Part shown: positions 12,873 through 26,924 of the stretch, in pieces | How the letters are laid out: the number at the start of each line of letters is the position of its first letter | Position numbering within the stretch: the first letter of the stretch is position 1 | Assembly (NCBI RefSeq): GCF_001194135.2 | Contig: NC_069002.1 | Location: 35,202,718 to 35,266,717, forward strand | DNA length: 64,000 nucleotides | Direction of reading: 5' to 3' | Source: Octopus bimaculoides | Taxonomy: Eukaryota | Made by a program: the position numbers and the translations under genes | Notes under the pieces: generated by a model | The model's input: the letters and a program-made list of their open reading frames with translations, nothing else | Database searches by the model: none | Told to the model about the DNA's origin: nothing

Positions 12873-14084
12873 ACAAAATGCAAAGCAAAAAACAGCAACA
12901 ACAACCAAAGCTAAAGCAGTCAACATTGCTATTATCATTATTGATACTTTGATCAACTCCACATATATGATTTCTATAATTTTCATTCTCAAACATCCTA
13001 GCAAATTTACATAATTCCATAAATAGCGTCGTTCTCTATGGAAAAACAATTCTAATTTTATAAAAGTGAAACAATCATTATAATCATCGATTCGAAATTC
13101 ATTAGATTTTTGCATAAAAGTAACTTCGAATTGGAATTTTTTTTTATATTTTTGCATTGATGTCAACGAAGGCTGCGTCTCTGGACTCATCTGTCTCCAC
13201 ATTGCTTACAGTATCCTTTGGTTATGCTCACCACTTGTGCCACTGAGTTAAGTCTTTATAAATCTCGTAAGCGTCAACTATAAATATTCACTTACTTTTT
13301 TTCTTTCGTTTCCTCTCTTTGGAATTCCAAAATATAAAGTACAAGACAAATAGCAGTACGAGGTGACAATCGCTTTATATTGATTAAATCGATTTAATTC
13401 ATTTACGTTTTCTACTAATCAGTCAAGAGTGCAGTGAACGAAGAGATATCACTTTCAGACCGTAGATTTGACAAACAAGACGGAAGATAAATTACATTTA
13501 CTCTGTGAATTGACAAGTTTCCTAAAACAGTCGCATGGTTTGCCAGAAATAGAACCAAAATCTCCATCAAATCATATTATTTCCAAAAGATATAAAGCAT
13601 ACAGGAAATTGTACTTAATGAAATTAAGGGACGATAATGAGTGGGTGGGGACCGATCACAAGCCAGCTGAATAGCACGTGACACCTGTCATAAATTCTAT
13701 GGAATGACGGTAACTTTACACAGGATTTCTTCCGTTATAAGAAATAGCAGTTAAATCCCGATCAAATCACGAAATGCTATAATTTAGAATATCGAAGAAA
13801 ATCATTGGAAAAAATATAGGATGAGATAAGTAGATCCTAAAGAGAAGACTGTCAGTAAGAAAATTATTTTTATCGTATACCTTATCGTTCAGCTTCTAAT
13901 TGCGCTTAAACAACAAAAACTATAAACTTGCCAATTAAACTGGAATATAAATAAGAAAATGAGCAATTAACAATAGCAATATATTTATATAGAGTATATT
14001 AGAGTGAAACTGCGATATTTATTATATTCATGTGGTATAAAGATAATACAGTATATATCTACTTATACTAATAATAGTGATTTC

Positions 14085-14285
14085 AAATTTGGGCACAAGG
14101 CCAGAAATTTCGAGGGATGAGAGAAGTCAATTACATCGACCCCAGGGTTCAACTGGTATTTATTTTATTGAAGCCGAAAGGACGAAAAGAAAAATCGAGG
14201 TCGACAGAATTTGAACTCAAACCTAAAAACGGACGAAATGTCGCTAAGAATTTTGCCTGGTGTGCTAACGATTCTGTCCTCTTGC
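14085..14285 (-). mobile_element. SINE family B
   Basis: gggcacaaggccagaaatttcg...gaatttgaactc...gctaacgattctg matches the reverse complement of the family. Confidence 0.8.
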
Positions 14286-15312
14286 CAATAATATTTATAT
14301 TGAATATAGATAATATAATGTGCAATTAATAATATTAGGCCGAACACCATTATATTTCTGGAATAACCCTGGGAAATAATGGAATCAGTCATATGTTTGA
14401 CGTACGAATTTCCATAGTTTGGTCCAAAAGTGTTCTTACGGCATCTAATTCAAATATGTTCCAAGAAAGTAGAAGAATATATGGCCGTCTATACAACCAC
14501 AACTCTTAAGTTAGCTGTGTAACAATAGTGATCCTACGAAGGGACATTTCCTAAGTGAAATTTTCGACGACTTCCTAAAATGATTTGTCACAACGTTATT
14601 ATATATTATTATTATATCATAGTAAACTGATCGCGCTGCGAACAGGTTAAAGCAGAGATTTGTTAAACGTGTAATGTAGTATTTTTCGTTTAATTGTTAC
14701 CGAGTTATCATAGAACAGTAAACTGTATATTCACTGACGTTCTTAAACAGCAACAATATATTTTAACCAAATGTTTAACCAGTCTGGAAGCAAGATATAA
14801 TTTAATAAATTAATACCTGTAAAAGTGCTATTTATATTCAATTTAATATAATTCAGTATTATCGTCTTTATTCCTGCAATGTCGTCCTTTTAAAGTTTTC
14901 AGCTTTAACATCCGGCTGCACACAGCCATTCAACAATAGTGGCTCACATGACAAACACCGTATTCACACATACAAACAAACAAACAAACAAACACAATAA
15001 AAAAATCAAATCAGAGGCGGTAGTAAATAAACGATGTGTGCGTGTCTGTAGACACACAAGCGTTTATATATCATACACATGCGTATATAAATACATGCAC
15101 AATATATATAAATATGTATATACTAAGAGAGACAGAGTGGTGTTTATACATGTACATATGTAATTATATATATAACATTTTATACACACACATACATCTG
15201 TGTATGTGTGTGTGTGTGGAAAGAGAGAAAAAGAGAGATAGGAGATATTGAGTTGATTCATTTTACTGTTTCTTCCTAAAGTTACAATGTATTTATTCTA
15301 TACAATGCTCAC

Positions 15313-15390
15313 CATTTCAACTGATTCCAATCACTGATGCGAATCCATTGCAGCAAATAATTGCCATTATAATATGTCTTCCGAAAACAA
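15313..15390 (-). CDS. Candidate 78-nt internal exon (phase 2-2), unknown product
   Basis: Pyrimidine-rich acceptor ctcctttcatttcatatcatcaag and donor ATG|gtgagc. One frame is open: CFRKTYYNGNYLLQWIRISDWNQLK. Confidence 0.2.
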
Positions 15391-15459
15391 CTTGATGATA
15401 TGAAATGAAAGGAGGCAGATGCTTCAAAGCAACACAAAGGACAAATGCCGAAACAGCAG

Positions 15460-15682
15460 CAACGCTACTACTATCACCACTAGTACTATTACTACTACTA
15501 CCAGTACAGGTACTGCTATTAATGTGTCTCGTACTACTATTACTACTACCACTCCTGCAGCCAATTATGATGATGCTGATACTGCTTCTGTTCTTGCTAC
15601 TACAACTACTACTACTGCTGACTACTACTACTATTACTACTACAACTATTATTATTACTACTACTACTACTACTACTACTAC
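15460..15682. repeat. (CTA/TAC)n trinucleotide low-complexity repeat
   Basis: Visible ctactactac runs; source of the poly-T, poly-L and poly-V ORFs. Confidence 0.9.
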
Positions 15683-18198
15683 TTGTCGAGCGGAATGTCT
15701 TGTTCTTTTCCCCTCATTACCTTCTAATTTCAAATCAGGATGTGGCAAAGTTTTGACCTTTGTACCTCCTGTGTCAATAAAAGTGAAGTGCCAGTTATAT
15801 ACTCGGGGCGACATTATGGACGATCACACCACTCTTGAAACGGCGCTGTTCCTGTACGTAAATTACAAATATTTGATACTGGAGGGACGGGAAATGCCTT
15901 GTAGTATCTATGCTAGCTCTTCAAATTTGAGCTGAAATCACTTCGTGGTCAACTTCAGCTTCCACCGCTCCAGACTCGCTAAAATGCAGTACTATTCATG
16001 TACCCGTATCAACCACTTCCTTTAAATTGCTAGCTTTGTACCTAAACCAGAAACATTTCATTTTAATAGCGTCTTTTTATCTGTTAACCATTCCTTCCTC
16101 CCTCACAACAGAAAAGCACACTGTTGGTACAGGATGACGCATCTACATCTGCCTAACTAACTCTCTAATCTGGTCTTCGTCGTCTTTCAGCAACAATGAT
16201 GACCCATACATTTTCCAATAAGTGGAAACCTGTCTTTGAGCCTAGACATTCCGTTTGAAAGCACGTAGCTTTAAATTTTGTTGTCGAAAAATACCAAGAC
16301 ATTTACATCAGACAACACTCCGTATTCGATCGTATATAAAAAAAAATCATATAGATTACTATGGAGTTGATACACTGTGGCGTTTTAGCCTTCACATTTG
16401 CACGTTAAAAAATTACGTTGGTAATTGTCAAAATAGCTGCGGGTGGACTTGCAGCAGGAGGCCTTACTTCCTTATCGCTCATTTGAGATTTGAAACGGTC
16501 CCAGCACACGTCAAAGTTATCATTGCAGTCGCTTAATACAATGGGCAGGATATTTCCAACGGTGTATCAGAAGATGTTAAATATTTGCGATAGTACTCGT
16601 ATCTCACCGAATGCTTCATTCCTACGCCCAGTGACCTGCAATTCTTGCGCATACTAGGAATATCTCTACAATCTAATATAAGCACAGGTATATCGATCAT
16701 AGTAAATAAGTGAGAAGTTACAGAAATTGGAATGTGGAGTATGCCTTGTTTATTTAGTCTCCTCAGCTGTGGAAACTGCTTTGAAAGATCTTTTCCAAAA
16801 TTTATTATCCGTCCTGTCACACAAAAGTTCTGGGAATTCACACCGCAGTTCACAGTAGGTCTGTCTTTATGGTTTCGGCAGAGTATTTTTCCTCCTACTT
16901 TAGTCAAAGATTTCCCATTGTTGTATTTTTGTTCTTTATTCTACAGACGTCATCAAGTCCTTGTTTCTATTTCCAACAGCAAAGTTGCTGAGTGGTTTCT
17001 TTTTTTCCTTTTCTGATTGGTGATTGAGGTGTAACAAATGCTATTGTTGTTGCATTTTATACGTTTTCTTCCGTTTGCTTTGATGGATTTACCGTGGTTA
17101 TTATTGCATTTTTGTGGGAACTGTTGTCGTTCTTATTTTATATTTGTTACCGTTATAGTTATTCATTGTTTCTGCTGGTTTTGCTATACCGTTAATAGTG
17201 TGTACGGACCTGGTTGCATTTTTGATTGTTGTTATTGTCTTTTTTTTTCATCTTCCTTTTGGTCAATTATGTTTACGTAAGCCAAGAACGAACAGATTCC
17301 AATGAAAAGAAAATAACGTGCTTCTATATTCATATTTATTGGTGTGATTGTTTGAAATGTAGTTGTATTATTGTAGTTGACGTTCCTTACGTCATCATTC
17401 ATTTATACTACCGACTTTACAAACTTATGTCCAAGAACAGCATGGTAATATTATTCTCGTAAATGCACACTAATACTTTGATCAAGGTATACATTTGGTT
17501 TTGTATTTGGAACCTCCATGTCTCTTTTTCCCTCTCTGTCAACATTTTGTATTTCTGTCTTTATAATTATTTAGAATACACACACTCATATATGTATGTG
17601 TGTGTGTGTGTGTGTGTGTGTGCGTATATAGATAGAGAAAGAATGAATGATATAGAATAGACATGCATCCCTGTGTGTGAGTGTGTTCGTGAGAGACAGA
17701 GAGAGAGAGAGAGAGAGCGTACATACAGATACGCATGCCTTTGTATGCATCTATATGTTTGCCAGGAGATGAATAAGATTGACCACTTCAGAAAAGAATT
17801 GAATTTTTGAGTGCTTAATACGAAAAGTGCCGAAAGATGTCAATCACTTTGTGGAGAATAAAAGTGACGGTGCATTCATTCAGAAGAATGTTCAAATAGA
17901 AAAGAATTAATCGAAACAAATCCAACAGTGATCAGTTCACAGAGTGATATCAACATTATTTACATATTTAGATCTGCCTGTCTTTCGAAGTATTGTCTAT
18001 GATAAAAATTCAAGCTATGAGTTTGAGTAAAAAGTTAGTAACGTTTTGGACCATAATGAATCTGTACCGGGTTTTGCAGGATTTTGAATTTTTTTTAAAC
18101 TTTTTTTTTGTTTGCAATTGTCTGTTAATACAGACAGACTTGATCAAATGCATCAATAAATTAACATTGATCTTTTTACGCCGTAGTTACAATCATCT

Positions 18199-18480
18199 GA
18201 AATAGAACTGTCAAAGCGCGATCTTCGAGCAATTTTGCAATTTAACTTTAAAAAAATGACGTAAAGCCGCTGAAATTGCTCAAAGTGTCAATGAAGTGTT
18301 TGGTGAGGAAATGGCGGATGAGTGGTCAGCTCGAAAATCGTTTAAACGATCTCGCAGTGAAAACCTGAGCCTTGAAAATCGTGAGCATATTGGACGCTCA
18401 TCTGTCATTGATGACGGTCAATTAAAGACCGTCATTGAGAATGATCCACGTAAAACCACTCGAGAATTGGCAAAACAACT
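18199..18480 (+). mobile_element. mariner transposase N-terminal (HTH) remnant
   Basis: ELSKRDLRAILQFNFKK*RKAAEIAQSVNEVFGEEMADEWSARKSFKRSRSENLSLENREHIGRSSVIDDGQLKTVIENDPRKTTRELAKQL matches the mariner HTH pattern (...GRP..IDDD.L...IE.DPR.TTRELA). Confidence 0.85.
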
Positions 18481-18564
18481 TCAATAGTTTGATCGAAAAT
18501 AACACGGAGGAGACTGAGGTTAGTTGGATATTCTCAATGTCATTCGAAGTTGAGACTACACTCA

Positions 18565-18730
18565 GTGCTCCTGTTGGAGCCTTTACATTGAAACACAAGA
18601 AGACGGAAACAGAGGATGACATATGTCGATGCCCTTAGGACAGATACCGGTCTCTGGAAGACACAGGATATGGCAGCGATGACGAAGGACAAAGACCCCA
18701 GGAGAGAACTCGTCCATAGATCTAGGGGAT
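18565..18730 (+). mobile_element. RTE-clade LINE 3' end fragment
   Basis: RKQRMTYVDALRTDTGLWKTQDMAAMTKDKDPRRELV resembles the RTE ORF C-terminus (RGR...TYVD.L..DTGL...AM.DR..WR). Confidence 0.6.
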
Positions 18731-19499
18731 TTTAACTGCCCTATATATAGATATATATACTATACATACATATGTATGTATATATACAACATAACCAAGG
18801 TATCTATGTGTCTAGGCGCAATATAAAACCAAAAAGGAAAAATTCATTTGTTACTAACCTTGCAGAGTAGTATCTACATTTCTACAAACAGTACATATTA
18901 TCTGGTTTTTGTGGCCATAATGGTTTTGACTCTTGGTTCTAGCAATGTAGGTGATACTCTGCAACCTCAGTCACTATTAGGGACAATTGAATTGTGTGGG
19001 GGGGATATATCGATAGAAGTATGCAGAGTGTTCGGACTATATTTGACGAAATTTAGTATCTACTCTCTTCAAGGGGAAAATGATTTGTTGAGTGCAAGTC
19101 AACGGTGTTGGAATGCGTAATGACGTAAGTTGAAGATAAGAAAAAGTTAGCTGAAAAGGAGGACTAGAAGCCATCTAAATATTGGTAAAGATTTACGTCT
19201 ATCGTAATGATTCGCGCCGGCTATCTAAATCCCGGCTCATCATTCTTCCATGTAATCGGTTTGAAAATTTGTTACGATATTACAATACGTTTCTTAACAT
19301 GAAACTAATGGTCGCATTAATACGCAAAAATAAATTATATCTATCAATAAGGTGTTGAGCACTCATTCTCATCGTTCCACATTTACACACACACACACAC
19401 ACACAGTGTGTGTGTGTGTTATATATGTATATAATCATCATCATTATTCTTAAACAGGAATGTTATTGACAAAATGTTGGGGCAGTTAAGCCATCATTG

Positions 19500-19544
<45 letters not shown>

Positions 19545-19658
19545 AACCGTGTATGTAAGTGTATATACATCTGTGTGTATAAACGTATTTACGTTTATAG
19601 TGTACGCGTGTGTTCGTACCTGTATGTTCCGTGTGAGTAGCAGCATGCCTGTTTTTTT

Positions 19659-19752
<94 letters not shown>

Positions 19753-20636
19753 TACGAATACATACATACAGATATATCAGAATATAGAGTGATAATTATA
19801 AGTGACGGGGAATTATCGTTTTATGCGTAGTTGAATATTCAGATAACTTAAGACGCATGAACGCTACAGAGCAGCTTTATGATAGAATAACCTAATGAAT
19901 CGATTGTGGAAAGTAAATGCTTCATAATGAATGTATTATTGTATTTTATAACACCTGCTTGTTTTTTTACTTCTTATTTTCTAATGTGATATACGAGGAA
20001 TATACCTTTGTGATTTCAATAGCGCAGTAGTAACACACAGTTATAAGACATCAGGTTTTCTTAGAATATTTTCGAAAGTACAGGTGTGATAATGAACGGT
20101 AATATATAAGCAGATATCTAAAATGTTTCTTATTACCACGTTAGGAATTCACAATGGACAGGTGAGCGTATCTGTCACTGTATATATGTATGTATGTGTG
20201 ACTATGCGTATATAAGTATGTTTATGTAAATATGTATATGTGTAGATGTATTTCTTGTGAACATTTTAATCTGCTTCTGTGCGAGTTGTTCTCGCTTTAT
20301 ACATTTATACACCCCCCTTTGTTGCACTCATTTCTTTCGTTTTCTCTTTCTCCTAAACCATCGAAAGGCTAAAGCTGTAAACGGAGCGGGGAGCGGTGTG
20401 AGAAGACGCGGAAAAACGTAATTTTATCGCTACGAATACTTCAGTTATCTCTTTTTGAATAAAAATTCTTCAATGACGCATACTCCCGTGGTTCTTCTGA
20501 CACATATTTCACGACATTTATTTGCAATTTCTGTTCTGACGAACTGGCGAATATACGCATAGCTGACAACTGTAAAACTAAGAAACTTTGAATACGTATT
20601 ACTTTCTTGTAATACTCTAAATACAAAAACACGCAC

Positions 20637-20728
<92 letters not shown>

Positions 20729-21433
20729 GCATATCTATTAGATAGATAAATTCATGGATGTCTGACCATATATAAGTCTACCTACATACATAAATAAATA
20801 CATTCATTCATTCATTGATACATATATATGCACACACATGCATATATTCACGTACTTTTTCTCGGTGAGGGCGATATTTTTTCACACCGGTTAAGTTATG
20901 TTCGCCTTTCATTTGTGGTTCTTTTATATTCTTATGAATAACGGTTAAACCGTACCCAAGATCATGGCAATACTTCTCGGAGAAATCAATGCACAAGAAA
21001 ATACAGACAACATACAGATAGAGAATATTTAATTATAAATGCCATTTCATGCTTCATATGTAACATGATTTATCACCACTCAATAAGAGTGAAAAGGCGG
21101 AGTAGATCTGCAACCGGAAGGAGGAAAGAAAGAGGCGAATAAATGATAAAACAATCCAGTTACTGACAGGAAATAAACCTCAATCTGAATCAGAAGAGAT
21201 AATCGTATTGAGATGTTTCTTTCCAACTTTAAATCTTTAACAAGAATTTAGACGTCCCTTACCTTCCATGAGAATAAACCTACAGAGTGTTCGATAATGC
21301 AGTAATCGCAACGAATCAGACAGGCACAACTATGCTATACGATCCCTTCGTTCTATACACAATACTGGATCGACAGTATCTCATAGTGGCTTGAAATATG
21401 CGTGCTTTATGTGCATACATATATATGTGTACT

Positions 21434-21501
<68 letters not shown>

Positions 21502-21761
21502 TACATATACATATATGTATGCATGTATTTACATATAAATGTAAGTATACATATATATGCATGCATATAAAACACATACACACATACGCATATATATATA
21601 TATATATATATATACATACATATATGTGTGTGCGTGTGTGCGTGCGTGTGCGTATTTACATATGTGTACACACATACATGTGTGCGTGTGCGTGTGTGTG
21701 TGTGTATTTGCATGCATACATACAGGCATACATACAGATAGTAATATTCTTTTATCCATAG

Positions 21762-21920
21762 GCAGCGAGCTGGCAGAATCGTTAACACACCGGGCGAAGT
21801 ACTTAGCGGTATTTCGTCTGCCTCTTCGTTCTGAGTTCAATTTCCGCCGCGGTCGATTTTGCTTTTCATACTTTCAGCGTCAATTAAATAAGTACCAGTT
21901 ACGCACTGAGGTCGATTAGC
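21762..21920 (+). mobile_element. SINE family B
   Basis: ggcagcgagctggcagaatcgttaacacaccgggcg...ctgagttcaatttccgccgcggtcga. Confidence 0.85.
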
Positions 21921-21949
21921 CCCATATGGGCAATAAAGAAATAAAAATT

Positions 21950-22353
21950 ATTTGTACTTGTTTCAGTCATTTGACAACGGCCATGCTGGAGCACCGCTTT
22001 TAGTCGACCAAATCGATCCCAGCACTTATTGTTTGTAAGTCTAGTGCTTATTGTATCAACCTCTTTTGCCTAACCGCTGGCTTACAGGGACGTAAACACA
22101 CCAATGTCGCTTCTAAAGCGATGGTGGTGTGACAAAAACAGACACAGAAATACATACACACTTGACCGCAGACTGAACACCATTCAATATTTTTTGTCCG
22201 TGTGTTTCTCCTTGTCTCCGTATTCTTTCTGTTGAAGAGCGTAGACCGAAACGTTAAAGACTTTCCGTATTCCCGAGCGTCATACTAATACATCCTTTTG
22301 TTGTTTACACCACCTGTCCTCGTCTGTTATTCTTTTTTTTTTCGTACATTCTC

Positions 22354-22406
<53 letters not shown>

Positions 22407-22565
22407 CACGACAGCTTCTTTCAGTTTCCGTCTACTTAGTCCACTCACTAAGCTTTGGTCGGCCCGAGGATGCAGAAGAAGACATTTGTCCAAGGGGTCA
22501 TACAGTGGGATTGAACCCCGAACTATGTAGTTGGAAAGCAAGCGTGTTACCACACAGCCACTCCT
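21950..22565 (-). mobile_element. SINE family A, split into a 3' half (21950-22160) and a 5' half (22405-22565) by an insertion
   Basis: The two halves are collinear with the family and are separated by a non-SINE 170-bp segment plus (TA)n. Confidence 0.75.
22170..22335 (+). mobile_element. Penelope-like LTR fragment with a degenerate hammerhead-like motif
   Basis: tctttctgttgaagagcgtagaccgaaacgttaaaga shows the TGAAGA...CGAAACGT signature typical of Penelope LTRs. Confidence 0.5.
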
Positions 22566-23943
22566 ATATATGGAATATAATTTTAGCTAAAATTTCTGTA
22601 ACCCTTTACTATAAATTGTTGTACTAATAAGAAAAGTGTGCTTAATTAGGTCAACATCACATGCACACACATAAAAGCATAAATGTGTGTGCATATATAT
22701 ATTTATTGGAGATGGAAAATGGAATATGGAATACACTGAAAATGTTATTGCTCACAACGATCGTTTGGACTTATCTTGCGTAAATCTATAAGTAACTCTT
22801 AAATATCTAACTAAATAGCAACCTAGCGTTTGAAGTCCACGATGATAATATTCCCACCAGTCTTCCATAGTTGTTCATATAAAATTGAAAGCTTTTACAT
22901 GCTATTCTTTCCAAAACAAAAGCAAACTCGGTTGAACTTTAATACTATAACTAATTTTGAGTGAATTACACTATTTCATAATCCATAAGTAAATAATTAA
23001 AATACTACATGCGTATTAATTATTCGTTAGCCTTACATGCTTTAACGTTAAACTTATACCAGTAATCTAATAGATAATACTGAAATAACCTTATAATTAG
23101 GAACTAATAAAAGAATACCTGTAATTAACAATTGTTATAAAAACTTTGTTCCAATTAAAGCTAAATATATAACTGTTTAAAAGATTAAATAAAATATAAA
23201 GTATTACCACTTACATGTTCTCTGGACAAACGAGGTTCAGTCAACTACGTTCTCAAAGCCTGTCCTCACTATTGATGACGTAGTGCGTATTCAACTACGT
23301 TTTCAATTGTCTTTAACACTTTTGGCGACGTAGTAAGCAATGACAGTGACTTGTAAACAGTCCAGACGTTTACAAATGTTCACTAAGTTGAAAGCTAGAT
23401 ATTACACCATCTTTATTTCAAATTTCCAGTCTCACACCTAAACAGCAATTAAACGTTTGAACTAATTTACCATATCTTTATCCTTGTTTTACTAAATGTC
23501 TTAACAGTTTAATTTATTCTTTCCCCAAATCTATAAGCATCTTTTATAATAGTGCTATGCCTGATACTATTGCCTGGAAAATCACCATAACCTATAAAAG
23601 AAGTAATTCTACTAACTGAACCATAGCATTCTAGCTACCTGGAAACCAAACTCTTCTGTTTTATTATAGGTGCTTCATTATTATATCTCATTATTATATG
23701 ATACATAAATATATATATATATATATATGATATGCATATATACGATATGTAATAATACATATATACTACATGTGTGTATATATGTATATATATAATATGC
23801 ACTATGTGAGTGTGTGTGTGTATGTGTATATATATATATATATNNNNNNNNNNNNNNNNNNNNNNNNNNNNNNNNNNNNNNNNNNNNNNNNNNNNNNNNN
23901 NNNNNNNNNNNNNNNNNNNNNNNNNNNNNNNNNNNNNNNNNNN

Positions 23944-23985
<42 letters not shown>

Positions 23986-24229
23986 TATGGGAATGTGCTC
24001 ATAAATTTCTTTATGATTGCGTAACTTTTTTTCTTTTTGGAAATCAGTCTCTTTCTACTGAAATTATAAAAATTGCTTCAGTTGATAGATTAGCAGGTCG
24101 TTCTTGCCTTTAGATCTGGGAATTGAAACAATTTTGATTTTATTTATTTGAGAAAGCTTTCGGCCGTATACTAATGTAGAAAGTTAGGTAGGCAGACTGA
24201 TAAACAGGCAGATAGAAGGAAAAAGGTAG

Positions 24230-24403
24230 GTAGATAGATAGATACATAGCTATATTGATAGATAGAGTGAGAGAGAGACAGAGAGATGGATATATAGATA
24301 GATATATAGGTAGGTAGGTAGGTAGGTAGGTAGGTAGGTAGGTAGAGAAGTAGATAGAGATAAATAAATAGATAGAGAGCGAGAGAAAGACAGAGATAGA
24401 TAA

Positions 24404-24436
<33 letters not shown>

Positions 24437-24437
24437 C
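24230..24437. repeat. (TAGA)n/(TAGG)n tetranucleotide repeats
   Basis: Directly visible. Similar tracts at 43255-43297, 48051-48090 and 52620-52800. Confidence 0.9.
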
Positions 24438-24879
24438 TCGTATGCAAACATGTGAACTTACTATCAATCAGTCTTGTGTTTTACATTTATGTATTAATAG
24501 AATCATTTCCCTCAAAACTCAATATCGTTTGCAATGACATTTACTGTCAAGAAACAGCACTGACGTGCGATCTACATTCCTACGTATGCACAAACACAGA
24601 CAAACATTATGTGCAAGTCGTCTGTATACGTGTGCTTGTATGTATACACGTATGTCTATATATATATACATCTATGCACGCACACACATACGTGCATCTA
24701 CACAGAGGAGCATATACACAGGTGAGATCAACGCTTGCAGTAGAAATGTAAATTCGTTTATTACATGACTTTTCTGTGGGTATAATGTACCCATTCATAA
24801 TAGCATATTTATATGTAATTATGTATGTATGTATGTATGTATATACATTTATATATAATGTATTTATATACACATAAAG

Positions 24880-24938
<59 letters not shown>

Positions 24939-25769
24939 TATATAGACATGAATATGCATTTATTTATATATATATACGTATATATGCCCGCGGAGAAATC
25001 ATGTAATAAGCGAATTTAAATTTCTTCTATAAGAATTTCTCCTATGTTTTTACCTATACTTACAGAGTTACCTAATTTACGTAATCACGCACTGAAGCAA
25101 CTGTATATAGAGAGGCAGTAATCGTCAGAATATTATTTTGTATTGATTTGTTTCTCATTTAGAAGAAATATACTGAACAATATTTGTGTTAGCAACGATT
25201 TTTTTGATTTTTGTTAAACTGACTTTTTGTTTTTTGAATTTTTGTCTATATTTAAAGGATGTGCGATAACATATTGGCAAATGTTTTTATACTTTCACAA
25301 AAGTTCAATAACTATTTAGACAGAAAAGAGAATTGAAGGAGAGTTTTTGAAGACGTCATGCTCTGATATATTTATGCACATCGTAAATAATGTTTCCTAG
25401 GTTCTCGGGGCGTTTCGTGTCTTCCAATCAAAAAATCCCTCATCTAGCAATCTTGTGAATGTTGAACAACCCCCTGCTCGATTCCAATTAGCAGTGCACA
25501 ATGTGACATTACCTATTCGCGAGTTTACACCAACTATTTCATGCCCACCAACTTTGGGCAACATCAGCTGCTTCTATGCCCAATATTAAAATCAACGGCA
25601 TACTTCCTCCATCGATCGGTTTAACACCACATGTTGGTCCGGGTTTGACTTTGCGGTGATCACGTATTCAAAAAATAGAAGTAAGGTTGTAAACTGGGGC
25701 CTGTATGGCCCTTGGGGTGGGTTGGAGGTCCATATAAGATTGTGTTATTAAATATCATCTGTAATATGG

Positions 25770-25965
25770 CGTCAGCTGAGAGAATCTTTCGCACGCCAAG
25801 CGAGAGGCTAAGCAGTATGTTGCCCGTCTTTATTTTCTGAGTTCAAATTCCATCGAAGTCAACTACGCATTTTATACTCTCGGATCGATGACAAAAGTAC
25901 CAGTTGAGCACTGGGGTCGATGTGATCTATATCCCAAACTTTCTGGTCTTGTGCCAAAATGTAAA
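25770..25965 (+). mobile_element. SINE family B
   Basis: ctgagttcaaattccatcgaagtcaactacgcatttt...aagtaccagttgagcactggggtcgatgtg. Confidence 0.8.
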
Positions 25966-26924
25966 ACTAATATTTGTGATAAATTGCTTAATACTTTACA
26001 ATACACAAAATATTTTAACACTATTTTTATACTTTTCTAATAACATTTTAGTATAAAAATCTAACAAGACTGTTAGACATGGAATAATTATGGGGATCCA
26101 ATTGAATAAAATTATAAATGGAATAGAAATACTGCGGTATTGAAATACACATTTCCTCTCCTCCATGTATTTACGGAGAGTTTAAACAACCAGAGTCATG
26201 GATGCTGCCTACAAAAAGTCACCGAAGTTTCATTGTCAAAAATTATAACAACATTAACTATAAGAAAATAACTAGGAAATTTATAAATATCACGAGTTTT
26301 ATATTGATGGTTTATTTCTAAAATGTATACTATTTCGGAATAGATGATGTATGAAACTACTAGAAGTAGAAAACAGTATTCAATGATTCATGACCGACAG
26401 ATTTACATTAAATAATGCCCTGAAAATCAGCCCAAGTGGTGTCTCAAGAAATGGGATGCCACAATTCCGTTTCACTATATAAGCCTGTCGTCTTTATAAA
26501 CTGTTAAACACGCTAATGTTTTAGGGTCATTTAATATACGTTAAATTCCATCGGTATATGTTATGACAAATTTAATCATCAAGACTAGATTGAGCAATTG
26601 CGCATAACTGAGATAATGTATAGCTGTTTATATCCATCACAATGTATTGTTAATTTACTGTATTACAACCGGAAAGATGAAAGGGAGACACGTTTTCTTT
26701 ACTTTTTCTTTTACTCAGGACATAAGATATAACTAATTGCCTTGAAGTAATTTTTTTCTCTCGTCCTATTCATACTATCAATTTTCCGTTCTTATCGCAG
26801 TATTAGTGTAATGTATTTCTAGCTGTGCGGTAGATTTCTTGAAGACCGGGAAAATTACAGCGTAACAATTAGAGCTGTTGATATCAATTCTAATATTAAC
26901 CAATTTATTACAGATAAATATTGG

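Noticed and set aside
15857-15892. RKLQIFDTGGTG, resembling a small-GTPase G3 motif
   Set aside because: Flanked closely by stops, with no G1 or G4 motifs.
15810-15935. LFLYVN...CSIYASSSNL, resembling RT LF..Y.ND...YADD
   Set aside because: The catalytic aspartates are absent and no other RT motifs were found; too weak to call.
16490-16560. DCNDNFD on the minus strand, resembling a cadherin DxNDN linker
   Set aside because: No PxF follows, no other cadherin motifs are present, and the frame is closed by stops.
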